Assembly (NCBI GenBank): GCA_008369845.1
Contig: MRSU01011195.1
Location: forward strand, 1 to 64,000
DNA length: 64,000 nt
Reading direction: 5' to 3'
From: Trichomonas gallinae
Taxonomy: Eukaryota
Positions 44,160-53,835 of the stretch are shown piece after piece (positions within the stretch are counted from its first letter, which is position 1; every line of letters begins with the position of its first letter). The notes below the pieces were generated by a model that was not told the DNA's origin, did no database searches, and worked only from the letters and a program-made list of their open reading frames with translations. Made by a program: the position numbers and the translations under genes.

Positions 44160-46475
44160 TTACCCTTTTTCATGATTTTCTTTTCCACTTCTTATATTTG
44201 ATTTTTCTTCATCAAAATTTTCATTATGATCTGATCCAGAATTATGGTCATTATATTTAGATTTTTCTTCATTATTTCTTCCTTCATCAATTCTTCCATG
44301 AATATTTGATCCAGGATAGTGATAACTTTCTTCTCCGATTCTTCTATGTGGAAAATCATGATTAAAATCTCCATCAGGAAATTTTCTATGTGGATCAGGT
44401 GGATAATCATGATCATCGAAATTAGTTGGATGTTGGGGTTCTTCATCAGATCTATCATTTTCTTTGGCTGTTTCAGAGCCTGTAGATTTTGATGGTTTAG
44501 GTTCTTCGAGCGTGTAATTAGAAACGATCTTGAATACAGTAATATTAACGTTTTCATAAATAATCTCCCAATTCTTTTCATGCTCTTTCCATATATCGAA
44601 ATCAAACTTATTCCTGTCTCCTCTATAAATGTGGGTGATGTTCTCTTTCAAGAAACTCTCAACTCGTCCGCCAGATCCAAACAAATGGCTCTTGAGCGAA
44701 TTTCTCCCGTAGAAATCTAAACCATGGCTTTCTATCCACCCAGGATAACCCATCACAACAGGCCTGCCTCCAAGTGAGCATTCTGGCTGCTCTGTGGACT
44801 CATCGCCCAAGAAGTAACTGTCAGGACTCGTGTTTTCGGCAATCCAATAACCAAATCTTTCCTGCTCAACTTCAAATATTTCTGACGGGGAACCTAAATA
44901 CATGAAAATGCAGATTGATCCTGCGATTATTGACATCAAAAACTGGCTTAAGAACAGGAAATAGTTGAGCTTCGGCTTCTCGCCATTCTTGTATCTATAG
45001 TAGAATGAGAACATATACTGCACTGCGAAAGGAACAGCGACAGGAATCCAGCCGTCATAGAAAACTTTGATGTTGTCGTGAGTCCATTCTTGGTATTGCA
45101 CGAAATTGGATATAAAGAAAACAACGAGTCCAGGTATATACATCGATATCTGGTCTGCTTTAACTGTCGCCCAGCCGCCAATTAACGCGCTGAAGCCAAA
45201 AGTGCCAAGCGAAACCCACCAAGTTTTAATGAAGCCCCAGAAACCAGGAAAAACTACATTCCATACATGTGTGAAAGTCAAGAACACTCTTCTGTTGTTC
45301 TTCATTCTTATAAAGTAAGGAGGGAGCTGCGGGAAAGCCATAATATTGGCAACGACGCCGAAATATAACCAATATAAGAAAAATTTCAGCCACTTCTTTC
45401 TGTCTGTATATGGGAATGTTACCAAGCAGTAAGCAATGCACCACTGCGCCATTGCCATGTACGCATGTGCCTGTATCTGTGGTGTGAAGCCTGTCAGTAT
45501 TGCTGCAATAGAAAAGTATTTAAACTCTTCTTTTCTGACTCCGTTGAACAAAAGAAAAATTGTCCAATAGCAGAGAGGAACTCCAAAGAGAGAGGATCGC
45601 TGCGGTATCAGGAGATGCATCAGTGTCTGGAACCAGAAAGCGTCAAACTTGTTTGGCCAGTGATGAACGAAATCGAAAAAATTTGAACTATCATCATCTC
45701 GCATCCAGACTGTTGTTGGATCAAAAAAATTGAGAAATGATAAACCGCCTGTTGCCATGAATGATAGTATGCATATACAAGCAAGCCAGCTGTCATTCAA
45801 GAAATATTTCGATATCGAAAAAAACGACATGATGACTGAAAACATCATTAATGCTGATGGTATGAATAATGACTGCTGCATTGATGCATCTCCGGTAGTA
45901 ATAAGAGCTGCAGATAAGAAATCAGGCATTAATGGATAAGCTAACTTTTCTCCGTGGTAAAATGGGGAATCAAACTCGTAAAACCCTTTTCTGACGTAAT
46001 TTTGACCGTATGCGAATGATGAAATGAGATTTAAATGAAATGGTAAATCGGAATAAGCTGCTCCTTTAGAATATCGTCCTCCAGCAAGCATTGCACTAAA
46101 AATGGAAATACCTAAGAAAAATGTGCATAAAATCACTGTCCATCTATGAATATAATCGTATTTTAGCTTTAATCGGAAATTTATATTTCGATTTATATAT
46201 TTAAATGTAATTCCGAGGACAGAATACACGATCATAGACATGTACCCGTGGTATAATGTCATTGGTTTGAAATAAGACGTAATAAAAATGAGCCATGATA
46301 ACGAAATCAGGCCAATTGGGAATCCTATGGCCATTCTGCTGAAGAATCCAACAGATATACCTAGTATTGATGTCACAAATTGATATCCAAAGTAACAACT
46401 AAGTATAATTTCGGATGCCCAAATATAATTAATCCTCAAAATAAAAATTGATTTTTTATAACAACAATAAAACAT
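44160..46475 (-). CDS. Polytopic membrane protein, probable GT-C-fold glycosyltransferase-like, with low-complexity H/D/N/E tail
   Basis: More than 12 TM segments with luminal motifs YSDLPFHLNLISSF, LAYPLMPDF, PQRS, WTHDNIKVF and GYPGWIESHG. The start position is uncertain. Confidence 0.7.
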   Translation of the reverse strand: MFYCCYKKSIFILRINYIWASEIILSCYFGYQFVTSILGISVGFFSRMAIGFPIGLISLSWLIFITSYFKPMTLYHGYMSMIVYSVLGITFKYINRNINFRLKLKYDYIHRWTVILCTFFLGISIFSAMLAGGRYSKGAAYSDLPFHLNLISSFAYGQNYVRKGFYEFDSPFYHGEKLAYPLMPDFLSAALITTGDASMQQSLFIPSALMMFSVIMSFFSISKYFLNDSWLACICILSFMATGGLSFLNFFDPTTVWMRDDDSSNFFDFVHHWPNKFDAFWFQTLMHLLIPQRSSLFGVPLCYWTIFLLFNGVRKEEFKYFSIAAILTGFTPQIQAHAYMAMAQWCIAYCLVTFPYTDRKKWLKFFLYWLYFGVVANIMAFPQLPPYFIRMKNNRRVFLTFTHVWNVVFPGFWGFIKTWWVSLGTFGFSALIGGWATVKADQISMYIPGLVVFFISNFVQYQEWTHDNIKVFYDGWIPVAVPFAVQYMFSFYYRYKNGEKPKLNYFLFLSQFLMSIIAGSICIFMYLGSPSEIFEVEQERFGYWIAENTSPDSYFLGDESTEQPECSLGGRPVVMGYPGWIESHGLDFYGRNSLKSHLFGSGGRVESFLKENITHIYRGDRNKFDFDIWKEHEKNWEIIYENVNITVFKIVSNYTLEEPKPSKSTGSETAKENDRSDEEPQHPTNFDDHDYPPDPHRKFPDGDFNHDFPHRRIGEESYHYPGSNIHGRIDEGRNNEEKSKYNDHNSGSDHNENFDEEKSNIRSGKENHEKG

Positions 46476-46619
46476 GAAATTTTATAAAATATAATATAAT
46501 TGGATCAAAAGGATTAAAAAAAACTTTTTTTGAAATTTTTTCTTTCTTTTTTCTACAGTAAACATCATCTCTGAGCGCTATCTTAGTTACATTATTTCTC
46601 CTAGAACTAAACTTAAATG

Positions 46620-46900
46620 TAATTATAATTTTTTTTTTCATCAAGATTTTGAATTTATTTCTCTTCATCTGATATATCATTTTTCGCGAACTCTTCTTGT
46701 TTTTCCTGCTGATCATTATTTGATTCTTTTGGTTCATGATGAATTTGTTATGAATTTTTTAAATCATCATGATTTTGAATTTATTTCTCTTCATCTGAAT
46801 TATCATTTTTCTTCGTGTTTTTCCTGTTGATGATTATTTGTTTCTTTTGCTCTTATAATTAATTTGTCTCATGATAAATTTGCTGAGATTTTTTTCATCC
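46620..46900 (-). repeat. Decayed coding-type tandem repeat (126-bp period) with in-frame TAA codons
   Basis: An identical 28-mer occurs at 46645-46672 and 46771-46798. The minus frame reads ..NHQQEKHEENDNSDEEK*IQNHDDLKNS*QIHHEPKESNNDQQEKQEEFAKNDISDEEK*IQNLDEKK. Confidence 0.75.
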
Positions 46901-46902
46901 TT

Positions 46903-49900
46903 TTATTGGATCAAATTATAACTGTGGACGTCACCCATGTGGCCGAAGAAGTATACTACTGGATACTCTTCGCTTAGTGCGAACAAGCTTCCCGGCTCAA
47001 TGGGTGCCTGCAGTTCGTGTGTCAAAGAAAGATCTGTGCCGCAGACAAATGGGCGATTAATGACAGGTGACAAAATGAAGAAAGGATCTTTCTTGTGGCA
47101 CGCGAAATGCGCAATTCCTGGTGTGTATTTGTTTCCGCATGTGTTCATAACATTTGTCTTTGGCTCCCATACTAAAATTCTTCCATTCTCGCAAGCGCAG
47201 TAAACTAATCCAGCGTTGTTACCTGTGATAGAAACAACCTTTCCGTCGAGATTCAGAGAAAGAGAAGATTCAACTCCATTCGCTGTGTCAAACGCTCTGA
47301 CGGATCCATTCTCGAAGCCAACAATTACCAAACCATCGATGTAGGGATGTGCGTAGGCGCATGATACTCTCGATTTAGAGTCAGTGAATGAATATTCGCC
47401 AAGTAATAAGCCGACTGTTGGATCCCAGCACGTTATCCTTCCATTGCCTCTGATTGCGTAAAGGCACCTACCCTTGCTGCAAACGTAGCCGACATCCTTT
47501 GTGTTGGGAGGAATTGGCTCGACGCGCCACTGAGCTGTGACTTTCTTGATCTGCGGGACAATAATGGAAATAACACCGTCATCAGCTATTGTCGCGACAG
47601 CTGGCTGCGATTTAATGATTAATGCGCAGCAGTGGAAAACGTAGCCGACTTTGTATTCTTCGAATGTAGAAAGTGTTTCATCGTAGATCCTAAAGATTCC
47701 TTCATGGCAGCCGACAGCAATTGATAAACCGCCCGGAACAACAACAGCGCTTTTCGGTGGTGATGGTAGCATGCATTCTGCTCTAAGTTGGAGATGAGCT
47801 GTCGCCAAGTCGAATGCTCCGTAGTCTCTTGTATATCTTCTGTTTTTCTGGATCGAATCTGATCTGCCTCTTCTGAGATTGGCTGCGAATAAGCCTGATG
47901 TTGTCGCCTGCATTAAATGGCTCGACAATGATGGAATATCCTCGTCATTATCTTCATCATCATCGTAATCGTGTTTACCTTCTACTGTTTTCATTGTGTT
48001 TTGGAGGAGTTTTGCAGCACGTGTCGAAATTCTTTGTGATGCGTCATGACTCAAAACTTGCATCAAAGCAATGCAAAGATTTGATGAAACTGAATTTATT
48101 TTGTCCGATCTTGCAATTTTGTCGGCAGCAGTAGCAATGGACTTGAAATCTTTCAGATTGTGGTTGCCCAAGAATATTTCTAGTAATGAATGATATGACA
48201 AAAATGATGATTGCTGGTGCTCGAAATATCTGATGATGCTCTTCTGCATGCAGTCTGAGTATTTGTAGACAAATATCAATAAAGCGAATCTAACGTGCAT
48301 CGAACTGTCGGCTATAGCTGTTGAAGCAATCATCAGCAAAATTGTGTTGAAGAAATCATCATTAGATTGAAGCATTGCTGACAAAGCCAAAACGGAAGAC
48401 GCACGAACTTCGAATGAGCTGTGCCTTAACCCTGCAGATATCTGAAGATGCATTGGAATCTCTGAAATCAATCCTAAATCTATTTTGGATTCATAGAAAG
48501 CAATGGCGAACATAATGTTCATCCATGTCAATAAAAATGGTCCGCTCTTCTTCATCGCAGCAAACAAACTGTTCAAGAATGTTTTAGTGCAGATAACTTG
48601 TCTGACGCTTTTAACTCTGTCAAGGGAAATGACTAAAAATGACGTAACTAATCCTCTTGTTTCTTCGCTTATTTCAGTGTTGAAAATCGCTGATGTTAAT
48701 TTCGAGAAATCGCTCAACGGAGAAACTTCTGTAATCAACTTAGTCTCCTCGTAGGCGAGCACCAAAAGAAGATAGACAATGTGGTGAGCTTCGGGGCCGA
48801 ATTCCGTTAATCTCTGTGCAGCAGCTGAATAAAGGAAAGGCGTGACAAGTTTTTGAGCGTAATTAGAACCTAGACTTGCATAATCTGCCAGCAAATTGAA
48901 AGCGTTTGAGCAGCTTGTATCTGAGAATGGCGCGTGGCATGCCACAGTGAGCATAGGAAGTGTTGCCTCATCTTCTCGCTGACTTTTCAGCAAGCTCTGC
49001 AAACTTGTTAAACAGTTTGAAAAGAAAGCAGTACTTAGCTGAGGACGTGGCGTTTGTGTTGATGTTATAAATAGATCAGCAGCCGTTGTCCACTGTTTCC
49101 ACATTGGATGTCTGTTCATAAATGGAAGAGTGGGGTAAATCTGTGGATGAACATTAAAATCATTTAACAAAAATCTCGCGAGGACGAAATTGCGGAATAA
49201 ATATGATGTGGTCTTGTCTTTGCGGAATAGCTTAGTAAACGTAGCTGATGGGAGAGTGTCTGCTGCGATGGCATCAATTGTCGCATTCAAAATTGCAGAC
49301 AAAGTTGTGTGTTCGTGTGATTCGGTTACAAGAAGATTCTTAATATATGAAAGTAATTCGTCAGGATTTGAATAAGGAGCACCATAATAATGAATAATAT
49401 GAAATAAAATTGCAGATGGAACAGGAGAAGCCAAAATTGTTGATAAAAGATCCCTTGGGAGCCTCGTATCAATAGGTAACTGCTCGCCGACGTCTGTTGC
49501 GCACATGCAATAATAATCTTTCCAGTCAACTTGTCTAATATAAGCTGTAGCCTGTCCTATTGGACTTGTCGGAACTGCATTAATTTTTTCTTGGTTCTTT
49601 TTCGATATTTTTTCGAATGTTTGCAGTACAATTGCTGCGTTATCGCAATCAAATATGTACCACGATGGCGGTTTAATTCCAGAGAAGATTGTTTTGAGTT
49701 TTACTGGCGATGGTTGTAGAGTTAATGGATCTGATGCGTAAATATTTTCAGAATCAATCGGTGGATATCCGGATCCAATATATTGGAAAATAATTCGACC
49801 TGTTGGAATATCGCGTCTTGTTTGTGATATCTGTGAGAGTCTGTCTGATGAAGGAGGACAATTTGCGACAAATCTGATTTGATTTCTTAAATTTTGATAT

Positions 49901-50340
49901 GTTGACTTGTAAAATGCGTATAATGATTTTGGATCGATTGTAGGTGCTGAAAGAGTCCAAGCAAATATGGGTGGGCGCGAATTAAAATAATCTGATTCGA
50001 TGACTTTGTATTGGAAAGGTCTGAGCATGTTTAAAATAACACATTCTATTGGATCTGGATCTGGATCGCTAAATCTTTTATCTTTTCGTAATTCTGCGAT
50101 TTTATCTAATGTATTCAAAAAAGAAAAACATGTTTGGGCAATTTTCCCACTGAAATTTATATCAACATCCTCAAGCTGTTTGTCGATTGGTTGGCGGAAG
50201 CTGAATTGCGAACTAAAAGAAGATGAAGATTTATTATTTAACAGTAAATTTCCCTGTAGCTTCATGTCTTCTGACGTCTCACCTTCTGAGTAATCATAAT
50301 CTGATTGCTCATTAAATTTCATTGGCTCGGTTCGACGCAT
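46903..50340 (-). CDS. Raptor/Kog1-like protein (RNC domain + HEAT + WD40)
   Basis: GRIIFQYIGSGYPP (Raptor RVLFHYNGHGVP), PSWYIFDCDNA, LPRDLLS, LFRKD....LFRNF.LA, HPMWKQW, HEAT segments (FEVRASSVLAL) and a C-terminal WD40 region. Confidence 0.88.
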   Translation of the reverse strand: MRRTEPMKFNEQSDYDYSEGETSEDMKLQGNLLLNNKSSSSFSSQFSFRQPIDKQLEDVDINFSGKIAQTCFSFLNTLDKIAELRKDKRFSDPDPDPIECVILNMLRPFQYKVIESDYFNSRPPIFAWTLSAPTIDPKSLYAFYKSTYQNLRNQIRFVANCPPSSDRLSQISQTRRDIPTGRIIFQYIGSGYPPIDSENIYASDPLTLQPSPVKLKTIFSGIKPPSWYIFDCDNAAIVLQTFEKISKKNQEKINAVPTSPIGQATAYIRQVDWKDYYCMCATDVGEQLPIDTRLPRDLLSTILASPVPSAILFHIIHYYGAPYSNPDELLSYIKNLLVTESHEHTTLSAILNATIDAIAADTLPSATFTKLFRKDKTTSYLFRNFVLARFLLNDFNVHPQIYPTLPFMNRHPMWKQWTTAADLFITSTQTPRPQLSTAFFSNCLTSLQSLLKSQREDEATLPMLTVACHAPFSDTSCSNAFNLLADYASLGSNYAQKLVTPFLYSAAAQRLTEFGPEAHHIVYLLLVLAYEETKLITEVSPLSDFSKLTSAIFNTEISEETRGLVTSFLVISLDRVKSVRQVICTKTFLNSLFAAMKKSGPFLLTWMNIMFAIAFYESKIDLGLISEIPMHLQISAGLRHSSFEVRASSVLALSAMLQSNDDFFNTILLMIASTAIADSSMHVRFALLIFVYKYSDCMQKSIIRYFEHQQSSFLSYHSLLEIFLGNHNLKDFKSIATAADKIARSDKINSVSSNLCIALMQVLSHDASQRISTRAAKLLQNTMKTVEGKHDYDDDEDNDEDIPSLSSHLMQATTSGLFAANLRRGRSDSIQKNRRYTRDYGAFDLATAHLQLRAECMLPSPPKSAVVVPGGLSIAVGCHEGIFRIYDETLSTFEEYKVGYVFHCCALIIKSQPAVATIADDGVISIIVPQIKKVTAQWRVEPIPPNTKDVGYVCSKGRCLYAIRGNGRITCWDPTVGLLLGEYSFTDSKSRVSCAYAHPYIDGLVIVGFENGSVRAFDTANGVESSLSLNLDGKVVSITGNNAGLVYCACENGRILVWEPKTNVMNTCGNKYTPGIAHFACHKKDPFFILSPVINRPFVCGTDLSLTHELQAPIEPGSLFALSEEYPVVYFFGHMGDVHSYNLIQ

Positions 50341-51261
50341 TTTTTATATAAAAAAATAAGGGGGTATGTTTGAATAAAAGGGGGTAATTTTTTTTTGGAG
50401 TCCGGACTACAAAAAGTAGATCAAGCTCTCTAATGGATTATCAAAATTTGTTCAGTCTCCCATGAAACCAGGAATGAGGACACTGGCCATGGGATGAGAA
50501 GCCTTTCGGACCAACACAATTTCTCCAGTTTTGTAAATTTCGATTTTATTATCGACCTCGTCCTTGCAATGCGACAAGACAAATGAAGAGGCAAGTATAC
50601 AAGAAAATATAGGATCCGGATTCAAAAATGGGCCAAAAAAAACGAAATTTAGCGCAGCTAATTTCTTCACTCAACTTGCATACGCCATTTATACGACTAA
50701 ATAGGATACACACCCATAAATTACATATCTGAGTTGCGTTAAAAAATAATTTTATAATCTTGAGATACGAATTCTATTTCACTTAAAAAAAAATTTTGGA
50801 CACGCTAGAACTGGCTCTTCCAAAACGAGTTCCTACTCATGTTCAATCTAACTATTGAGGTCATATCGTATGATTTGATGTTCAATATCAATCAAATTTT
50901 TGTTTACTGAAGAAACTGTAATTTGATTGCATAAAAAGTTATAAATACATGAGATACATATATTGTTAACATTTAATAGGGGAGTTAACAAAAATGAATT
51001 TGCAATAAAAAATATAAATACAATATAGATCGATATTTAGCTTTTTGATATATTAAATATATAGATTATGATGAGTGTTTGTAGATATCATGCTAAAAAT
51101 GATATATTGATGCTTTAGATTTTGAGAAAAATTCAATATAAAAAAAATATATCCAAAAAAAAAATGATTATATTGCTATATTTCATTAATAAAAAAGTTT
51201 GGCCAAAATTGAGAGTGAAAAAATTCCGGTAGAGCTTTCAACAATAGATTCATTTTTATTG

Positions 51262-52710
51262 ATGCTCGCAGTAATATTTGGCGCCTATTTCGCACGCTGC
51301 GATGATTTCAACAATATGAGGATCTATCAGGTCATGGTTTCATCCTTCCAAGACGGAGATCCTAATATTGGATACGGAACTGGTTATGGTCCTTCATCTC
51401 ACAGAGGAGATTTGAGGGGTATTATCAATTCTCTTGACTATATCAAAGGCCTTGGCATGAATGCACTTTGGATGACACCAATATTTGATTCATCTGATGG
51501 ATCAGGTGGAGCTTTATTACAATCAACGGGCTACTTTTGCACGAATTACTTCAAGATTGATCCAAAGTTTGGTGATGAAGCAACTTTCCAAGAATTAGTT
51601 GATAAATGCCACGCAAAAGGAATGTACGTCTTCCTTGATGGTGTATTTGGTCACCATGGTGGTGTGAAGGCATCATCTCCATCAGGAAAATGGCCACAAG
51701 GCGGCAGTAATCCTGTTGCTTATCCAGGATCTCTTGATTTTTACAAGGAAGTTGCAAAATACTGGATTGAAAAGTACGGAATTGATGGTTGGCGTTTGGA
51801 TCAGTGCTATCAGATGTACCAGAACAACTACAACTATCTTAAAGAAATCAGAATTGCTGTTGAAGAGGCCTGCGCAGCGAGAAAACAGCGTGGTGAGAAA
51901 TGGGGAACATTAGGATACATTGTTGGTGAAAATTGGAACTCTGCAGAAGATATTCAAAAAAGAACATATGGTGGCGACGGAATTAGATCTGCTTTTGACT
52001 TTCCATCTCGTTATAAACTCGTTCAAACAATAGCCATGTCTGAAAGTGGAGAAGGTGGCCTTCCTATTAATGATCTTCAGTATGTCTTCGGTCAACCATC
52101 ACAGAAGGGCTACCAGGGCCAAGTATATCCAAACTTATTCATTTCCAACCACGATGTCTGGCGTTTTGGAAATCTGATCAGAAACAAATATGGATATAGC
52201 CGTGATAACACTAATTATTGGAAGAGACATAAACTCGCAATGACAGTTCTTGCTGCTTACACTGGACCAATAACAATTTACTATGGTGACGAATACGGTG
52301 ACTTGGCTGAGTGTTGGAATGGTAATAGAGGTTCATGTGGAAATAACGTAGATACTGACAATGTAGCTAGGACGGATGGAAGGATTACTAATTTTAATAA
52401 CAATGAACAAGACCTCCATGATTTCACAGCTAAAGCAATGTGGGCTCGTGCTGAGAACCCATCCTTATGGCGTGGCACATCATCATTCACATATAAAGAT
52501 GGAATGATGCTGAATTGCAAATACGACCAGCAGACGAATAACAAAGTTGTCATGGTTGTTAACCTTGGAACATCAGGAACTTCCACGAATTATAATGTTG
52601 GTGGCACTAAGATGACTGATTTAATTACAGGCCGTGTTATCAACGGAAATAATGGGAATTACAACGTCCAGATGGATGGATTATCCGCTGCTTTATTCAA
52701 AGTTGAGTAA
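51262..52710 (+). CDS. Secreted GH13 alpha-amylase family glycosidase, bacterial-type
   Basis: Short signal-like N-terminus MLAVIFGAYFARC, then RIYQVMV.SF.DGD, GDLRGIINSLDYIK.LG.NALWMTPIF, DGVFGH, GWRLDQ, VGE and ISNHD. Inr TCATT at 51250. Confidence 0.92.
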   Translation: MLAVIFGAYFARCDDFNNMRIYQVMVSSFQDGDPNIGYGTGYGPSSHRGDLRGIINSLDYIKGLGMNALWMTPIFDSSDGSGGALLQSTGYFCTNYFKIDPKFGDEATFQELVDKCHAKGMYVFLDGVFGHHGGVKASSPSGKWPQGGSNPVAYPGSLDFYKEVAKYWIEKYGIDGWRLDQCYQMYQNNYNYLKEIRIAVEEACAARKQRGEKWGTLGYIVGENWNSAEDIQKRTYGGDGIRSAFDFPSRYKLVQTIAMSESGEGGLPINDLQYVFGQPSQKGYQGQVYPNLFISNHDVWRFGNLIRNKYGYSRDNTNYWKRHKLAMTVLAAYTGPITIYYGDEYGDLAECWNGNRGSCGNNVDTDNVARTDGRITNFNNNEQDLHDFTAKAMWARAENPSLWRGTSSFTYKDGMMLNCKYDQQTNNKVVMVVNLGTSGTSTNYNVGGTKMTDLITGRVINGNNGNYNVQMDGLSAALFKVE

Positions 52711-53835
52711 AATCTATCTTCACCTGTTTTTTAATCAAATTGCTTTATTTTTTTTTTTTTTTTTTTTTATCGCAAATAGAAACATCAATATCAAAAAGTC
52801 TACTGTTTAGTTTGATGTCACACAATCAGAAGTCTGTTATTTATCTACTTAACATTGACAAGTGATCAGTATTTATACATGAATAACTATATATTCATTT
52901 AAAACGAAAAATATTTAAAAATTTGATTTTCATTTGTTTATTTAAACAATGTCATCTTTTTACAGTGTTTTTCATTGTTTGTGGTAGTAAAATGACAAAT
53001 ATACCATATATTACAGATAGTAGTTGTCTAAAAGTGGTTCCTATGTTTTTATGGTTACTATAAACGAATCGGTGTCGACACAAGTTATATCATATGATAT
53101 TTTAACATCTTCTTGTTTCCATATTATCGTTGAGTCAAGGCCTTGACTCAAAATTTATGAAAATGGCCAGCACTAGTATTCATTACATGGATTTAGGGAA
53201 TCTAAATATTTAATATATTTGAGGGTCCACTAACAGAGTTAATGAGGGGGTGACACCAAAACCTGCAACACGTTTATGAATGCAATATAATCTCATATAT
53301 ACATTTCAAATATATAATATATTTCATGGTTCAAACTTGGGTTTTTAAAAATGAATATTCGACAAGTTATATACACTTTTATTTATTAAAAGTCGTAGGA
53401 CGACTTTTTTGTTTATATTCTCTTAAACTTTACAAAAACATAACTATGATTGTTTGAAATCATTCCACAATGATTTTTGGCCAAAATTGTATTGTTAAAA
53501 AAAAAAATTCAAAATTTAACATTTATCGCATTGTTGTATGCTATTAATATATTTTCAAGTTAATTTAATATTTATTCAATCCAGAATTATTATTTTTATA
53601 ACAATATTGTAAATTTTTTTCGAAATTAACGCTACATTCCCTCACATTAAAATAATAAATCAAACATTACACATATATACAGATAAAGATTATATAGTAG
53701 AAGTATTAAAGGTTAGGCTTCGTTAATAAATTTGCTACAATGATATTTTATAGATGCTAAAAATATTTTAAAAAATCGTCACTTTTTAACTTAACCTTAA
53801 ACAAATTCGATTTTTCGAAAAGTGACAATATTTAT

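Noticed and set aside
43930..46900. TAA reassigned to Gln (ciliate/hexamitid-type code), suggested by in-frame TAAs in repeat tails
   Set aside because: Conserved genes in the window (ferredoxin, E2, kinesin, SRP9) end at TAA where expected and contain no internal TAA, so the standard code applies.
52748..52768. Poly-T run as a retroposon tail
   Set aside because: It sits just 3' of the amylase stop as a U-rich tract, with no TSD or element body visible.
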